DNA of 64,000 nucleotides from a virus: positions 1 to 64,000 of the IMG/VR virus record IMGVR_UViG_3300046535_002148; one strand, 5' to 3'. The notes below the pieces were generated by a model. The model was not told the DNA's origin. It was given only the letters and a program-made list of their open reading frames with translations, and did not search any database. Within the stretch, counting starts at the first letter, position 1. Every line of letters starts with the position of its first letter. Below, piece after piece: positions 45,401 through 55,727 of the stretch. A program made the translations under genes and the position numbers.

Positions 45401-46153
45401 TCACGAGGAGCTCCCCATCCGGAAGTAGACGTACGGCGCCATTCCGACGACGAGGTCCCGGTAGGTCGGGCGGACCATGCCCACGGTGATTCCCGGTGTC
45501 TGAGGGGCCGTCACATTTCCGGTGGCGCCGGTGAGGACCGGATTGGCGAGGAAGTTGTCCACCACGACGACGAGGCCGGAGTTGGTGTTGCCGGTGGAGC
45601 GGATCGCGCGCGCGCCGACCTTGCCGGGGTTGCCGGCCAGGTCGGTGTCGGCCGCAGTCACGTCCCACGTGCTCGGCTCGGTGCCGGTCCAGGCCCGTCC
45701 CTGCAGGGTGGAGCCGGCGATGTTGAACCGGGTCCGGTAGACGGTGTTGGCCGCTGCCGTGAAGGTGGATCCCATGGCCAGGGTGGTGAAGGTGCCGGCG
45801 ACCCTCTTGACCAGCGAGACGTAGTAGGTGCCGTCGGTGAGGAAGTTCAACGCGAGCTTGTAGAAGTTCTGGTCGTCCAGGGCGCGGGCCATGGAGCCGC
45901 ACGAAACGCTGGCCCCGGTGGGCAGTGCGGTGATCTGGTACTCCGCGTAGACGTCGAGGTCGAGCACGGTGACCGGGTTGAAGGCATGGTCGGACGTGCC
46001 GGCCGTGCCCATGGCCATGCGACCGGTGGTCCCGTTGACGGAGAAGTCGGCCGCGGTGGTGAGGGTCCAGGCCGCGCCGGTCTCAGGGGTGCCCCACGAC
46101 CCGGCAGCGACCGTCCGGGTGAACGTGTCACGGACGAGCGCGAGATCTACCAT
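45401..46153 (-). CDS. virion-associated lectin-like protein
   Basis: DTFTRTV..SWG, RAWTGTEPSTW, VDNF. Confidence 0.7.
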   Translation of the reverse strand: MVDLALVRDTFTRTVAAGSWGTPETGAAWTLTTAADFSVNGTTGRMAMGTAGTSDHAFNPVTVLDLDVYAEYQITALPTGASVSCGSMARALDDQNFYKLALNFLTDGTYYVSLVKRVAGTFTTLAMGSTFTAAANTVYRTRFNIAGSTLQGRAWTGTEPSTWDVTAADTDLAGNPGKVGARAIRSTGNTNSGLVVVVDNFLANPVLTGATGNVTAPQTPGITVGMVRPTYRDLVVGMAPYVYFRMGSSS

Positions 46154-46157
46154 CGGA

Positions 46158-46589
46158 TCAGGCGACGACCAGCTGGACGAGCCCGGTCGTGGGCACGGCG
46201 ATCTTCACGTCCTGCGCCGAGGCGGAGTACGTGGCCTCGAAGTCCATGTAGGACAGCAAGGGCTTGGTGCCGGAGTTCTGGTACAGGACCAGGTACCGGA
46301 TGTTCGCCAGGGTGACGGCGGTGAAGGTGATCGGCGTGACCGTGGTGGTGAGCTTGAGGGTGTTCGTGGTGCCGTCGTAACTGGCGGTCTTTCCGGTCAG
46401 CGCCACCCCACCGGCGGTGTAGTTGGTGCCGGTGCACTCACCGGACAGGTCGGTCCAGTACCGGTGGGTGTCCTGGTTGGGCACGTAGGTCGAGGTGAAC
46501 AACGCGGCGTTGATGGCGTTGGCGGTGTAGTTCAGCTCGGCGTTCACCAGGGACAGCGTGAGCGGTCCGTATGCGCGGGCGATGGTCAT
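46158..46589 (-). CDS. virion structural protein
   Basis: ALFTSTY.P...H, GTNYTAGG..L, LLSYMDF. Confidence 0.7.
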   Translation of the reverse strand: MTIARAYGPLTLSLVNAELNYTANAINAALFTSTYVPNQDTHRYWTDLSGECTGTNYTAGGVALTGKTASYDGTTNTLKLTTTVTPITFTAVTLANIRYLVLYQNSGTKPLLSYMDFEATYSASAQDVKIAVPTTGLVQLVVA

Positions 46590-46625
46590 GCTGAGGTCTC
46601 CCGGAGTCGTGAGTTGACCCTGGTT

Positions 46626-46654
46626 TCATCGACTGGCCCCGGCGGGCCAGCAAA
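46626..46654 (-). promoter_or_regulatory. late promoter-like motif
   Basis: TTTG-N17-GTCGATGA. Confidence 0.65.
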
Positions 46655-46665
46655 CTGACCGAGCA

Positions 46666-49600
46666 TCATTTCTTCGTCGCCGTCGTCATGGACTGCGTGG
46701 CCGTCGGTCCGAAGGTGTCGGCGAGGACCTTCTGCATCGTCGGGATGTCGGCGCCGTTGACGTAGATGTTCACCGTCTGCGCGTTGCCCTGGGCGTACTG
46801 GCCGTAGTTCGCGGCCTGGGCGCCGATAAAGCGCCGGACCTCGTACTCGGTCGGGAGCTTGACGTCGCCGATGTTGAACTGGCCGGACATGGCGTCGCGG
46901 GCGTCCTTGAGCAGCCCGTCGATCTGGTCGAGCTCCTGCTGCTGCTGGTACGTGCGGTCCTTGACCGCGGACAGGCGGTCGTGCTCGTTCGACAGGTACT
47001 TGATGTACTGCGCGTGCGTGATCCGCCCGAGGTGATCGGCGGTCTGCACGGCCGAGAGGTTCTTGTCGAAGGCCGCGGCCTCCTCGGAGGCCTGTTGGGT
47101 CTTGACGTCGAGCTGGTCGGCGGAGATGACCTCGTCGAGCCCGGCGATCTGGGTGCCGAGCGCCTTCTTCTGTGAGGCGCTGACCGCGGCGTTGTACTGC
47201 TTGACCAGGTTGTCGCGCGCGGCCTTGTCGGTGGCCAGCTGCTTGTTCACGGCAGCAAGTTGGCTCTCGTACTTGGCCTTGTTCTTCTTGCTGTGCGACT
47301 TGGCGATCAGGTCCTCGAGCGCCTGCTGCTTCTTGTAGTCGGCGGAGACCTTGGCCCCGGCGGAGTCACGCTTCTTGGCCAGGGCGGCGATGCTGGCTGC
47401 GTCGGACCTCTGCTCGGCGACCAGGGCGGCGCGGCTCTTCAGGTCGGTGTTCAGCTTCGACCGGGCCTGCTGGGTGTTCGCCTTGGCCTGGACCAGCGGG
47501 TCGGTGATGTCGCTGCCGAGCAGGTACAGGGTCTTGGCGTAGTCGCGTTGCGCGGTCGCGTAGGCGTCCTGGGCGGAGTGGAGCTCGGTGAGGGCCTGGT
47601 AGTAGGCCGCGGATTCGGCACCGGCGAACTTCAGGGCGTTCTTCACCTTGTCGGTGGCGTCGGCCATCTTGGCGCTGGCGGATGCCACGCTGGCGCCGCT
47701 GGGCACCCGCGACGCGCGCCGGGAGGACGCCACCTCGGCCGCGGCGTCGGCGATCGTGGACTGCTGCTGGTTGATCTGGTCGGTGAGCTCGTAGTACTCC
47801 TGCGTGCCCTTGGTCGTCAGATTCCGCTTGGACGTCAGGTTGGTCAGCGCGATCTGGTCGCGCTTGAGGTTGTCCCCGGGCCGGGTCGCGGCCAACTGCT
47901 GGGCATTGGTGCGGGCGACCGTCGACTGGGCGATCTGCAGGCTGAGCTGCTTGACCTCGGCGAGGGCCTGGTAGTACTCCGGCTGCCCCTTCGGGTAGAA
48001 CTTCTTGCCGGCGGTGGCCCCGATCAGCTGCGCCCGGAGCTGACTCAACTGCGACTTCGGGTCGGCGTTGGCCTGCGCCTGCGCCTGGACCAACTGGACC
48101 GCAGCGACCTGCGCCAGCCTCTCCTGGGCCGAGGCGACGTCGATGTTGGACTGCATCTGGCCTGAGGTCAGCGCGCCGCTACTGCTGCCGCTCTTCTTGG
48201 CGCCGGCGGCAGCGGCCTTGCTGGCACTGCCCAGGTTGCTGATCTGCGACGTGAGGTCGTTGCGCTGGCGGATCAGTGCGCCGACGTCGGAGGGGTCGGC
48301 GGTCTTGATCTGGTCGTTGATGCTCTTGACCTGACTCTCCAGGTCCGCCTTGGAGATCCCGTCGGTGATGGAGCTGCCGAACAGCGCCGTCGCGTTGGAC
48401 ATGCGCGTGCCACGCGCCTCACCGGAGGAGCGTTCGAACATCTGGTCGAAGACCGCCGCGGCGCTGCTCGCCGTGCTGGTGCCCAGCAGGGCCCGCAGTG
48501 ACTTGTTCTCCCCGCCCGAGAGCTCCTGCCAGAGGTAGCCGAGCTGGGCGTCGAGGTCGGTCTCCTTGAGGCCGTGCTTCTTGGCGTAGGCCTGCAGGTC
48601 CGTTCGCCGGCCACCCTCCCACTGGGCGATGCCGATCGCCTTCTCGCCGGCGTTGTACGAGGTCGGGGAGAAGCCGGACTCGACCTGGAAGTTGCCCAGC
48701 ACGCCGGAGACCTGCGCCTTGCTCAGGCCCTTGCCCAGCAGGAACTTCGCGATGTACGCCGCGTTGGAATCGGAGGTTCCGGCCGCCCCGGTGGACAGTG
48801 GTGCCCCACCCGGGTAGACCGCGCCGTCGGCCGTGCCCCCGGTACTTGCGGTGGTGATGGAACCGAGCGCGGCGTTGACCCCGTCGATGATCTGCTGGCC
48901 GGCCTGCTTGCCGGTGTCCTGCCAGGGCAGGCCGGCGAAGGCGTCCAGGGCTGCGTTGCCGGCACCGACGATGTCGCCCTTGGCGATCAGCTCCTGGATC
49001 TGGTCTCCGCCGGGCAGTCCCTGGCCGGCGCCGAGTCCGCTCAGGTCACCTCCGGCGACCTGGTTCTGGTAGCGCTGCTTCTGCAGGGCCAGGTCCAGTG
49101 CGTTCTGCGCCTGGGCGAGGCTGCCCCGGGCGCCGGCGCCCTTGAGCTGGATCTCGTACTCCTTCTGCGACTCCAGCGCGTCGGCGAGTTCGCGGCGGGC
49201 CTGCAGTTCCTGCTGAACGGTCGCCTCGGTGACATCCATGTGGGTCGAGGCGGCGTTGGCCTCCTCCTGCAGGATTCCGGCGAGCTTCTGGCGTGCGATG
49301 GTGACCGGGTCGGCCGCGCGGTAGTCGCTCTGGTCGAAGATCCCGGCGCTGCGGGCCTGAAGTACGGCGGCGGCGTTGCCGTACTGCGAGTCCTGCGCCT
49401 TCTGGTTGAGGCGCTGGATGTTGCTCGATTGCAGGAAGTCCGAGCCGGTCTGGTCCAACCCGAGGACGTTGGTCGGGTCGAAGTCGGTCTTGAGCTTGTC
49501 CAGCCATCCCTGCCCGAAGGTCTGGGTGAGGATGTCGCGGGTCTTCGGGTCGACGTTGACCCCGCCGACGGCGACCTGGTTCTGCGCGAGCCGGTCGGCC

Positions 49601-52600
49601 AGTTCCTTCATCTGATCGTCCGTCAGCTTGCCGCCGCGCTGCGGGTTGATGCCGTTGGCGCCGAAGTAGTCGGTGACGATCTTCTTCGTGGAGTCGTTCA
49701 GTTTCTGGACGTCGCCGGCCGAGACATTCATCTCGAGCAGGCGTCGGGCGAAGGCGTTGTAGTCGTTCTTGTCGGCGGCGTCGTTGAGGCCCTTGTCGAT
49801 CAGGTTGGTGTCGTCGCCCTTGCGGATCAACTGCTTGAAGTAGTCGCCGAACCCGGGGCTCTTGATGTTTCCCTTGGCCAGGGTGATGTCGCCGAGGTCT
49901 GCACCGGACTGCTTCAGCGCGTCTGCGACGGCGTTGACGACCGTGTCGCTCTTCGGTGATCCGTAGAGGCCGGTGAGGTCGGCGATGGTCGAGTCGTAGC
50001 GCGATGCGATCAGGGTGCCCGGCTTCGCGCTGGACAGGTCACCGAGTGCCTTGTTGACCAGGTCGACGCTGTGCGCGGCGCTGACCCCGTGGTCGTCGAG
50101 GGCCTGGAAGGAGGCCTTCAGCCCGTCGATGGAGAAGTCCTGGAAGGGCTGCGCGTAGGGGTCGTCGGTGGATGCCTGCGCCGCGGCGGTGATCCGCGCC
50201 TTCTGTGCGTCGGCCTCCTTCTGCTTCGCGTCGGCGGCGTCGAGCAGTGCCTGACCCTGTGCGCCTCGGCCCTGCTGTCCGAACAGCTTGCCGACGTCGT
50301 CCTGGATGGAGCCGAAGAACCCACCGGCCGCGCTCTTGTAGTCCTGTCCGGCCTGGCGCAGCTCCTGGATGCCGGCCTGCAGGTCATCGACGGTCTTGGC
50401 CTGGTTGATCGCGATGAAGGCGTCGCGACTGGTCGCCTGGGCGTCGCTGGCCAGCTTCGACTTGTCGTTGTAGCCCTGGTAGACCTGGTCGGCGATGGTG
50501 ACGGCGATGAAGCCGCCGATTGCCTTGTTCGTGGCGCCGCCGAGAAGCCCCCGGACCCCGCCGCCGCGGCGCGACCCGACGGCGTTGAGAGCCCCGCTCG
50601 CCTCGAGTTCCGCGGCGTACTCGGCGTTGAGTCTGGCCGTGGCGGCGGCGAGGGCATCGGTGCTGAGAGTCAGCCGCAGGTTCAGGTCGTTGATGGCCAC
50701 GCCGGCTGCGGCGTAGCGCTCCTGGGCGTCGGTGACGGCCAGCAGTTCGGTCTGCAGTCGGCGCTCGACGATCTCGAGTTCCTGCTGCGCCCGGGCGTCG
50801 AGGTTCGTCGCCCGCACCGCGTTGATCTCTGCCTCGGTCCGCAGGGCGATCTCGCGGGCGATGCCGGCCTCGACCTGTGCCCGGGCCTGGATTGCCTGCT
50901 GTGCCGCCTTCTCGGCGGCGACCTCTTCCTTGAGGGCGCCCTGGAACGCGCCGATGCCGGGGTGCTCGATGGCGATCGGCTTCTTGCCCAGGGCGCGGCC
51001 GAGCCGACCGGGCTGGCTGCCCGGCAGGAAGACTGTGCTCTTCGGGATCCCGTCGGTCCCGCCGACCGCCCCGGCTCCGCCACCGATCGGGGTGCCGCCG
51101 GCGCCGGCGATGAACGCGCCACCGGAGGCGCGGTTGCGCAATGCGTTGTAGGCCTTGACCGCAAGGATGAGCTCGCCGAGGGTGATCAGCGCGCCGGAGA
51201 CGTAGCGTCCGAGGCCACCGAAGGCGCTGTTGAAGGCCTGGCCCATGTATCCGACGGCACCGGTGATGTCCGAGACGACCTTCAGGACGTGCTCGAGGAC
51301 GTCCAGCCCGACGCCGATGCCGGCGCCGAGCCCGGTGCGGGCGAGGTTGATCTGGATGTTCTTGACGTCGCCGGAGATGCGGCGGTAGAGCCCGGCGAGG
51401 TCGGCCTGCTTCTTGTTGAACAGGTCCGCGCCGGCCCCGACGTTCTTCAGGTCCTCCCCGGAGCGCTGCAGGATCGACTCGGCCTCGCTCAGCGCGACCG
51501 TGAACTCGCGGGCGTTGGCCGGGCCACCCAGTCGGGCGGTGAGGGCGCGTTGCTGGTCGAGGGGCACCTTGCCGGACTGGAACTGCTTCTGCAGTTGCGC
51601 CATCTGCTGCAGGATGCTCTGGTCGGTGTCGATGCCCAGGCCCGTGAGGATCTTCTGTGCGCCGGCGCCGTTGAAGATCTGGGTGATCTTGCCGATGCGG
51701 GTGGCGACGGTCTGGCCCGACTGGTCGGTCCGAGCTGTGATGGCGCCGATGAGGTCCGCGGCCTCGTTCAGCCCGATGCCGGCGCCGTGGGCGACCTCGG
51801 CGACGTTGGCCAGGCCCTGGGAGACCTGGCCGAGGTCACCGGTGTAGCGCCGGGCGTTGGCGATCGCGTCGGAGACCTGGTTGAGCTGGTTGGCTGCCAG
51901 GCCGTAGGAGCTGGCGATCGCCAGGACGTCCCCGGCTCGGTCGTGCACGTCCGAGCCGGTGTTGACCGCCACCTGCGCGGCGACGGTGGCGGTCTGCAGG
52001 GCGGTCTGGACCTTTTCCTGCTGCGGCGCCTCGGGTGCGGAGAGGACGCGCACGCCGCGGGCGGCGACGTCGAGGTACTGCCCGACGTTGGAGCCGGACA
52101 GCCGCGCCAGCCGCTCCAGGGACGGGGTGACCTCGTTGTCGATGACCGACCGGTAGCCGCGGAAGTCCTCCCCGCCGGTGGCCAGCGCCGAGGCGAGGTC
52201 GGTCAGGGAGTCGGTGTAGTCCAGGACCTGCTGCTTGGTCCCGCCCAGGGCGGAACTGACGCCGTAGATGATGCTGGACAGTGCGCCGTACTTGACCAGG
52301 CTGCCCGCGGTGCCGGCGATGCCGGTCAGGTCCGGGGCCAGGCTGCCGCCGGCGTGGAACCCGCGCGAGCTCAGTCCCCCGAGGAAGGCGTCGAAGGGGC
52401 CGCGCGGCGGGTTCGGACCGCTCGGGCCGCTGCCTCCTCCGCCTCCACTGCCGCCACCGCCGCCGTAGAAGGACTGCAGCCGCTGCTGGGCGTTGTTGGC
52501 GATCTGCGCTGCCGGGAGGATCGCTTCGGCGCGCAGCTGGGCGGCGGCGCGCTCGGCCGAGGTGGCGAGCAGGCGCATGGCCGGGCCCGCGCCGGACTGG

Positions 52601-54630
52601 GTGACCTGGTCGACGGCAGCGGCGCCGCGCTTGAGCTCGGCCTGGAACGCGGCGTAGGCAGCGCGCTCGGCCTCGATCGTCGCGCGGGCGTCGTCGACCC
52701 GGCTCAGCTGCCGTTCGGCGGATTTGACGGCCCTGGACGCATCGTTGATGGTGCCGGACTTGCGTCGCTCCGGGTCCAGGACATCGCCCTGGGCGAAGGC
52801 CAGCCGTGCCTCGGCCAGACGGCGGTCCTCAGCGAGCTTGGCTCGCCGCTCCGGGGTCAGCGACGCCCGCTGGTCCTTGGGGTCGGCGAGGACGGCCTTG
52901 CGCAGCGCGGCCTGGGCGCGTTGGAACTCGGTGAGCTGCGTCCGGCCGGGGCCGGCCTGGCGCGCGGCCTGCAGCTGCTCCTCGGCGAGGACCAGCTTGG
53001 CGGTGGCGACGGTCTCCTGCTGGCGCAGCGCGGCCAGCTGCGCTTCCTGCTTCTGGTAGTTCGGGGGCAGGACCGGCTTGTCACGGCGCAGGACGTCGGC
53101 GAGAGCGGCGCGCTGGGCGTCGCGCATCGCGTTGGAGTTCGGGCCGGCCAAGGCGCCGAGCGCGCCGCTGGGACTGGCCACGGTGCCAGCCAGCGACCGG
53201 ACCGCCTGCAGCGACGTGGCGCGCATGGCCGACGGGACGACCGATGCCAGGAGTCCCAGCGATCCGCTGGTCGGGGTCGGCGAGCCGAGCAGGGAGGTGC
53301 GCAGCATCTGCTGGGCGCGGAGGGCGGCGGCTGCCGCGGCCGAACGCTGCTGGGCTGCCGCGGCGTTGGCGGCTGCCTGCGCGTCGTATCCCTGTTGGCT
53401 CAGGTCCAGGCCCAGCAGGGAGGACCGCTGCCGCTGCGAATTCAGGAACGCCTGTCGCGCCGAGGGCAGCGAGGCAGCAAATGCGCCGAAGGACTGGCTC
53501 GACGAGAGCACGCCGCGCACCGAGCGCTCGACGCTCTGGCCGACGCCGACGCCGAACTGACGCGCCAGGAAGATCGGTGGCGTGGTGTTGCGCGATGCCA
53601 GGGTGCTGAGGTTCTGCCCGGCCGAGAAGACCTCGCGCAGTGCGCGCTCGACCTTCTGGCCCTGGACGATGCCCAGTTGGCGCGCGGCGTCGACCGGGCT
53701 CATCGGCTTGGGGCGCAGCGACTCGATCTGCACTGGGGTCAGGTTCGGCCCGAGCGCGGACTGGACCGGGTAGGCCGGCGGCTTCGGCTGCAGGGCGGCG
53801 ATCTGACTTGAGGTCAGTCGGGGGCCGAACGCGGCCGGCTGGCTGATCCGCGTGGCCATCGAGCCGAGGCTCTGGCCGGCCGCGACGAATCCGCGCAAGG
53901 AACGCTCGATCGCCGGGCTCTGCGCGGTGACGCCGAGCTGTCGGGCTGCCTCTACAGGACTCAGTGCGGGCGGGGACGGGGTGAACGGCCGAGTGCCCGA
54001 CATCTGGTTGAGCGTCCGGCTCGGGGAGTACTGCCCGCGCCGGGCCTGCCGCAGGGCCTCCTCGGCGGCGTCACGCTCGGCCCGGTACTGGGCCGAGGCG
54101 TACCCGGAGATCCTGGTCGCTTCCGCTGTTGCAGGCTTGCCCCGGGAGAGGGTGACGTAGTTGCGCGGCAGGACCACGCCCTCGGAACTGATCTGCCGGT
54201 AGGCGTCCCGGGTGGCCCTGCGGGTGCCCTCGACCAAGGACCTGGTCAACGGCGCGGGGTCGAAGGACGACAGCGGGACGCCTTGGCGGGCGAGCTGGCG
54301 GTAGAAGTTGCCGGTGACCTTCTCGATCTCGGCAAGCTGCTGGCGCTGGGCCTTGACCAGGCTGTCACCGCCCGGTACGACGGTGGCGCCGCGGGCGGTC
54401 TGCGCGATCTCGCTCTGGATCCGGCGCATCGTGCTCGGCACGATCTGGCCGGCACGCTCGAGGTCGGCGATGAACTGGTTCAGGGCAGTGCTGAGCCCCT
54501 TGCCGCCACTGCCGAACCCCGCGCGCTGCACCGAGGCGACCGAGTTGGAGATCTCGGCCATGCTCGACTTGATGAGGTCGGCAGCGACCGGAGCTGACGA
54601 GGCGTCAAATACGAACTCCATACCAGTCAT
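46666..54630 (-). CDS. tape measure protein with phage-tail-lysozyme domain
   Basis: 2654 aa, Ala/Gly-rich helical, follows tail chaperones; GVLGNFQVESG...GIAQW...FERS near 48400-48750. Confidence 0.92.
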   Translation of the reverse strand: MTGMEFVFDASSAPVAADLIKSSMAEISNSVASVQRAGFGSGGKGLSTALNQFIADLERAGQIVPSTMRRIQSEIAQTARGATVVPGGDSLVKAQRQQLAEIEKVTGNFYRQLARQGVPLSSFDPAPLTRSLVEGTRRATRDAYRQISSEGVVLPRNYVTLSRGKPATAEATRISGYASAQYRAERDAAEEALRQARRGQYSPSRTLNQMSGTRPFTPSPPALSPVEAARQLGVTAQSPAIERSLRGFVAAGQSLGSMATRISQPAAFGPRLTSSQIAALQPKPPAYPVQSALGPNLTPVQIESLRPKPMSPVDAARQLGIVQGQKVERALREVFSAGQNLSTLASRNTTPPIFLARQFGVGVGQSVERSVRGVLSSSQSFGAFAASLPSARQAFLNSQRQRSSLLGLDLSQQGYDAQAAANAAAAQQRSAAAAAALRAQQMLRTSLLGSPTPTSGSLGLLASVVPSAMRATSLQAVRSLAGTVASPSGALGALAGPNSNAMRDAQRAALADVLRRDKPVLPPNYQKQEAQLAALRQQETVATAKLVLAEEQLQAARQAGPGRTQLTEFQRAQAALRKAVLADPKDQRASLTPERRAKLAEDRRLAEARLAFAQGDVLDPERRKSGTINDASRAVKSAERQLSRVDDARATIEAERAAYAAFQAELKRGAAAVDQVTQSGAGPAMRLLATSAERAAAQLRAEAILPAAQIANNAQQRLQSFYGGGGGSGGGGGSGPSGPNPPRGPFDAFLGGLSSRGFHAGGSLAPDLTGIAGTAGSLVKYGALSSIIYGVSSALGGTKQQVLDYTDSLTDLASALATGGEDFRGYRSVIDNEVTPSLERLARLSGSNVGQYLDVAARGVRVLSAPEAPQQEKVQTALQTATVAAQVAVNTGSDVHDRAGDVLAIASSYGLAANQLNQVSDAIANARRYTGDLGQVSQGLANVAEVAHGAGIGLNEAADLIGAITARTDQSGQTVATRIGKITQIFNGAGAQKILTGLGIDTDQSILQQMAQLQKQFQSGKVPLDQQRALTARLGGPANAREFTVALSEAESILQRSGEDLKNVGAGADLFNKKQADLAGLYRRISGDVKNIQINLARTGLGAGIGVGLDVLEHVLKVVSDITGAVGYMGQAFNSAFGGLGRYVSGALITLGELILAVKAYNALRNRASGGAFIAGAGGTPIGGGAGAVGGTDGIPKSTVFLPGSQPGRLGRALGKKPIAIEHPGIGAFQGALKEEVAAEKAAQQAIQARAQVEAGIAREIALRTEAEINAVRATNLDARAQQELEIVERRLQTELLAVTDAQERYAAAGVAINDLNLRLTLSTDALAAATARLNAEYAAELEASGALNAVGSRRGGGVRGLLGGATNKAIGGFIAVTIADQVYQGYNDKSKLASDAQATSRDAFIAINQAKTVDDLQAGIQELRQAGQDYKSAAGGFFGSIQDDVGKLFGQQGRGAQGQALLDAADAKQKEADAQKARITAAAQASTDDPYAQPFQDFSIDGLKASFQALDDHGVSAAHSVDLVNKALGDLSSAKPGTLIASRYDSTIADLTGLYGSPKSDTVVNAVADALKQSGADLGDITLAKGNIKSPGFGDYFKQLIRKGDDTNLIDKGLNDAADKNDYNAFARRLLEMNVSAGDVQKLNDSTKKIVTDYFGANGINPQRGGKLTDDQMKELADRLAQNQVAVGGVNVDPKTRDILTQTFGQGWLDKLKTDFDPTNVLGLDQTGSDFLQSSNIQRLNQKAQDSQYGNAAAVLQARSAGIFDQSDYRAADPVTIARQKLAGILQEEANAASTHMDVTEATVQQELQARRELADALESQKEYEIQLKGAGARGSLAQAQNALDLALQKQRYQNQVAGGDLSGLGAGQGLPGGDQIQELIAKGDIVGAGNAALDAFAGLPWQDTGKQAGQQIIDGVNAALGSITTASTGGTADGAVYPGGAPLSTGAAGTSDSNAAYIAKFLLGKGLSKAQVSGVLGNFQVESGFSPTSYNAGEKAIGIAQWEGGRRTDLQAYAKKHGLKETDLDAQLGYLWQELSGGENKSLRALLGTSTASSAAAVFDQMFERSSGEARGTRMSNATALFGSSITDGISKADLESQVKSINDQIKTADPSDVGALIRQRNDLTSQISNLGSASKAAAAGAKKSGSSSGALTSGQMQSNIDVASAQERLAQVAAVQLVQAQAQANADPKSQLSQLRAQLIGATAGKKFYPKGQPEYYQALAEVKQLSLQIAQSTVARTNAQQLAATRPGDNLKRDQIALTNLTSKRNLTTKGTQEYYELTDQINQQQSTIADAAAEVASSRRASRVPSGASVASASAKMADATDKVKNALKFAGAESAAYYQALTELHSAQDAYATAQRDYAKTLYLLGSDITDPLVQAKANTQQARSKLNTDLKSRAALVAEQRSDAASIAALAKKRDSAGAKVSADYKKQQALEDLIAKSHSKKNKAKYESQLAAVNKQLATDKAARDNLVKQYNAAVSASQKKALGTQIAGLDEVISADQLDVKTQQASEEAAAFDKNLSAVQTADHLGRITHAQYIKYLSNEHDRLSAVKDRTYQQQQELDQIDGLLKDARDAMSGQFNIGDVKLPTEYEVRRFIGAQAANYGQYAQGNAQTVNIYVNGADIPTMQKVLADTFGPTATQSMTTATKK

Positions 54631-54636
54631 GGATCG

Positions 54637-54969
54637 CTACCTCCCTCGCCGTAATCCCTTGGTGGCTTCGTTCTGTTCGAGCGGTACTTGTTCGATCGGT
54701 TCCCGGTCGGTGCTCGAGGAGGAGTACTTCTCCCGCACCCGGTCGAAATGCTCGGAGAGCGCTTCGTCGTCGAGGTAGATCGACTCCGGTGGCTGGTCCT
54801 CCTCCCGCATCTCGTGCCAACCGAGGATCGCTAGGGCGTGGGAGACGGCGACGCTGAGGTACCAGGGTCCGCAACGGGGATCACGTCCGGGCCAGAGGCT
54901 GTCGACGCCTCCTCCTCGTTTGAGGGCAGAGACGACGCGGATGAACTCTGCGGCCTGTCCGAGTTTTTT
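54637..54969 (-). CDS. tail assembly chaperone -1 frameshift extension
   Basis: Slippery A AAA AAC at 54969-54963; -1 frame open to TAG at 54639-54637 (…EDQPPESIYLDDEALSEHFDRVREKY…). Confidence 0.8.
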   Translation of the reverse strand, partial: KKLGQAAEFIRVVSALKRGGGVDSLWPGRDPRCGPWYLSVAVSHALAILGWHEMREEDQPPESIYLDDEALSEHFDRVREKYSSSSTDREPIEQVPLEQNEATKGLRRGR

Positions 54970-55727
54970 GCGTCCCTGGGCGTCATGTTCAGTTGGCTCA
55001 GGGCGGCGTGGATCTCCTCGATCAGGTCATCCGGCGCGTCGCGCACTTCCCGCCGGTTCTCGAAGACCTGCACGTGGTGGTTGTCGCAGGAGCTGTGGTC
55101 CCAGATGCCGTCGGTCGACTGTGTCCCGTCGCAGCAGCGAGCGGCGAAGAAGACTTCGGACAGCCGGTGTTCGGCCAGGGCGACGCCGGCGCCGCGCTGG
55201 TCGATGTAGAGCTTCACGAAGGCGTCGCGCACCTCGACGTCGCTCATGGCCTCGAACTTCTTGCGGTGGTCCTCCAGCGCTTCGTCGATGAGCTGGCCGG
55301 ACTCCACCAGGTAGTCCTGGTTGATCTTGTCGAGAAGTTGGCGCTCCGGGTCGCTGGGCTCCCGCGACAGGATTTCGTCCTGGCGGGCGGAGATGGCCAA
55401 CCGTTCCGTCCAGTCCGGGTCGTTGGCGATGGTCTCGTTGGCTCTGACCAGCGACTCGGGGTACTTCGCGTCGACCAGCTGCTCGATGATCCGCTCGCGG
55501 CCGATGACGAAGAAGCTGGCCTCGACCTTGGCGAGCTCGTCACTGCCGTGCTCCTGCAGGGCCATGACCATGCGGGCACGTGCACCGCGTCCGTCCTCGC
55601 GTGCAGCCTCGACCTCGAAGGAGTTGAGGACCTGGACCCACATGATGGTGCCGTCGCGCAGGGTGAGTTCGCGCCCGCGGACGTAGAGGTCGGTGACGCG
55701 TCGGTACTTCATCCGGTTCAGCGCCAT
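54831..55727 (-). CDS. tail assembly chaperone
   Basis: Between major tail and tape measure genes; low-complexity tail after the slippery site. Confidence 0.75.
   Translation of the reverse strand: MALNRMKYRRVTDLYVRGRELTLRDGTIMWVQVLNSFEVEAAREDGRGARARMVMALQEHGSDELAKVEASFFVIGRERIIEQLVDAKYPESLVRANETIANDPDWTERLAISARQDEILSREPSDPERQLLDKINQDYLVESGQLIDEALEDHRKKFEAMSDVEVRDAFVKLYIDQRGAGVALAEHRLSEVFFAARCCDGTQSTDGIWDHSSCDNHHVQVFENRREVRDAPDDLIEEIHAALSQLNMTPRDAKNSDRPQSSSASSLPSNEEEASTASGPDVIPVADPGTSASPSPTP

Noticed and set aside
50071-53811. 1246-aa + strand ORF, and similar ones at 43389-45341, 35858-37894, 48574-49959 and 18744-20411 (-)
   Set aside because: Antisense shadows of real genes in high-GC DNA; no motifs or RBS
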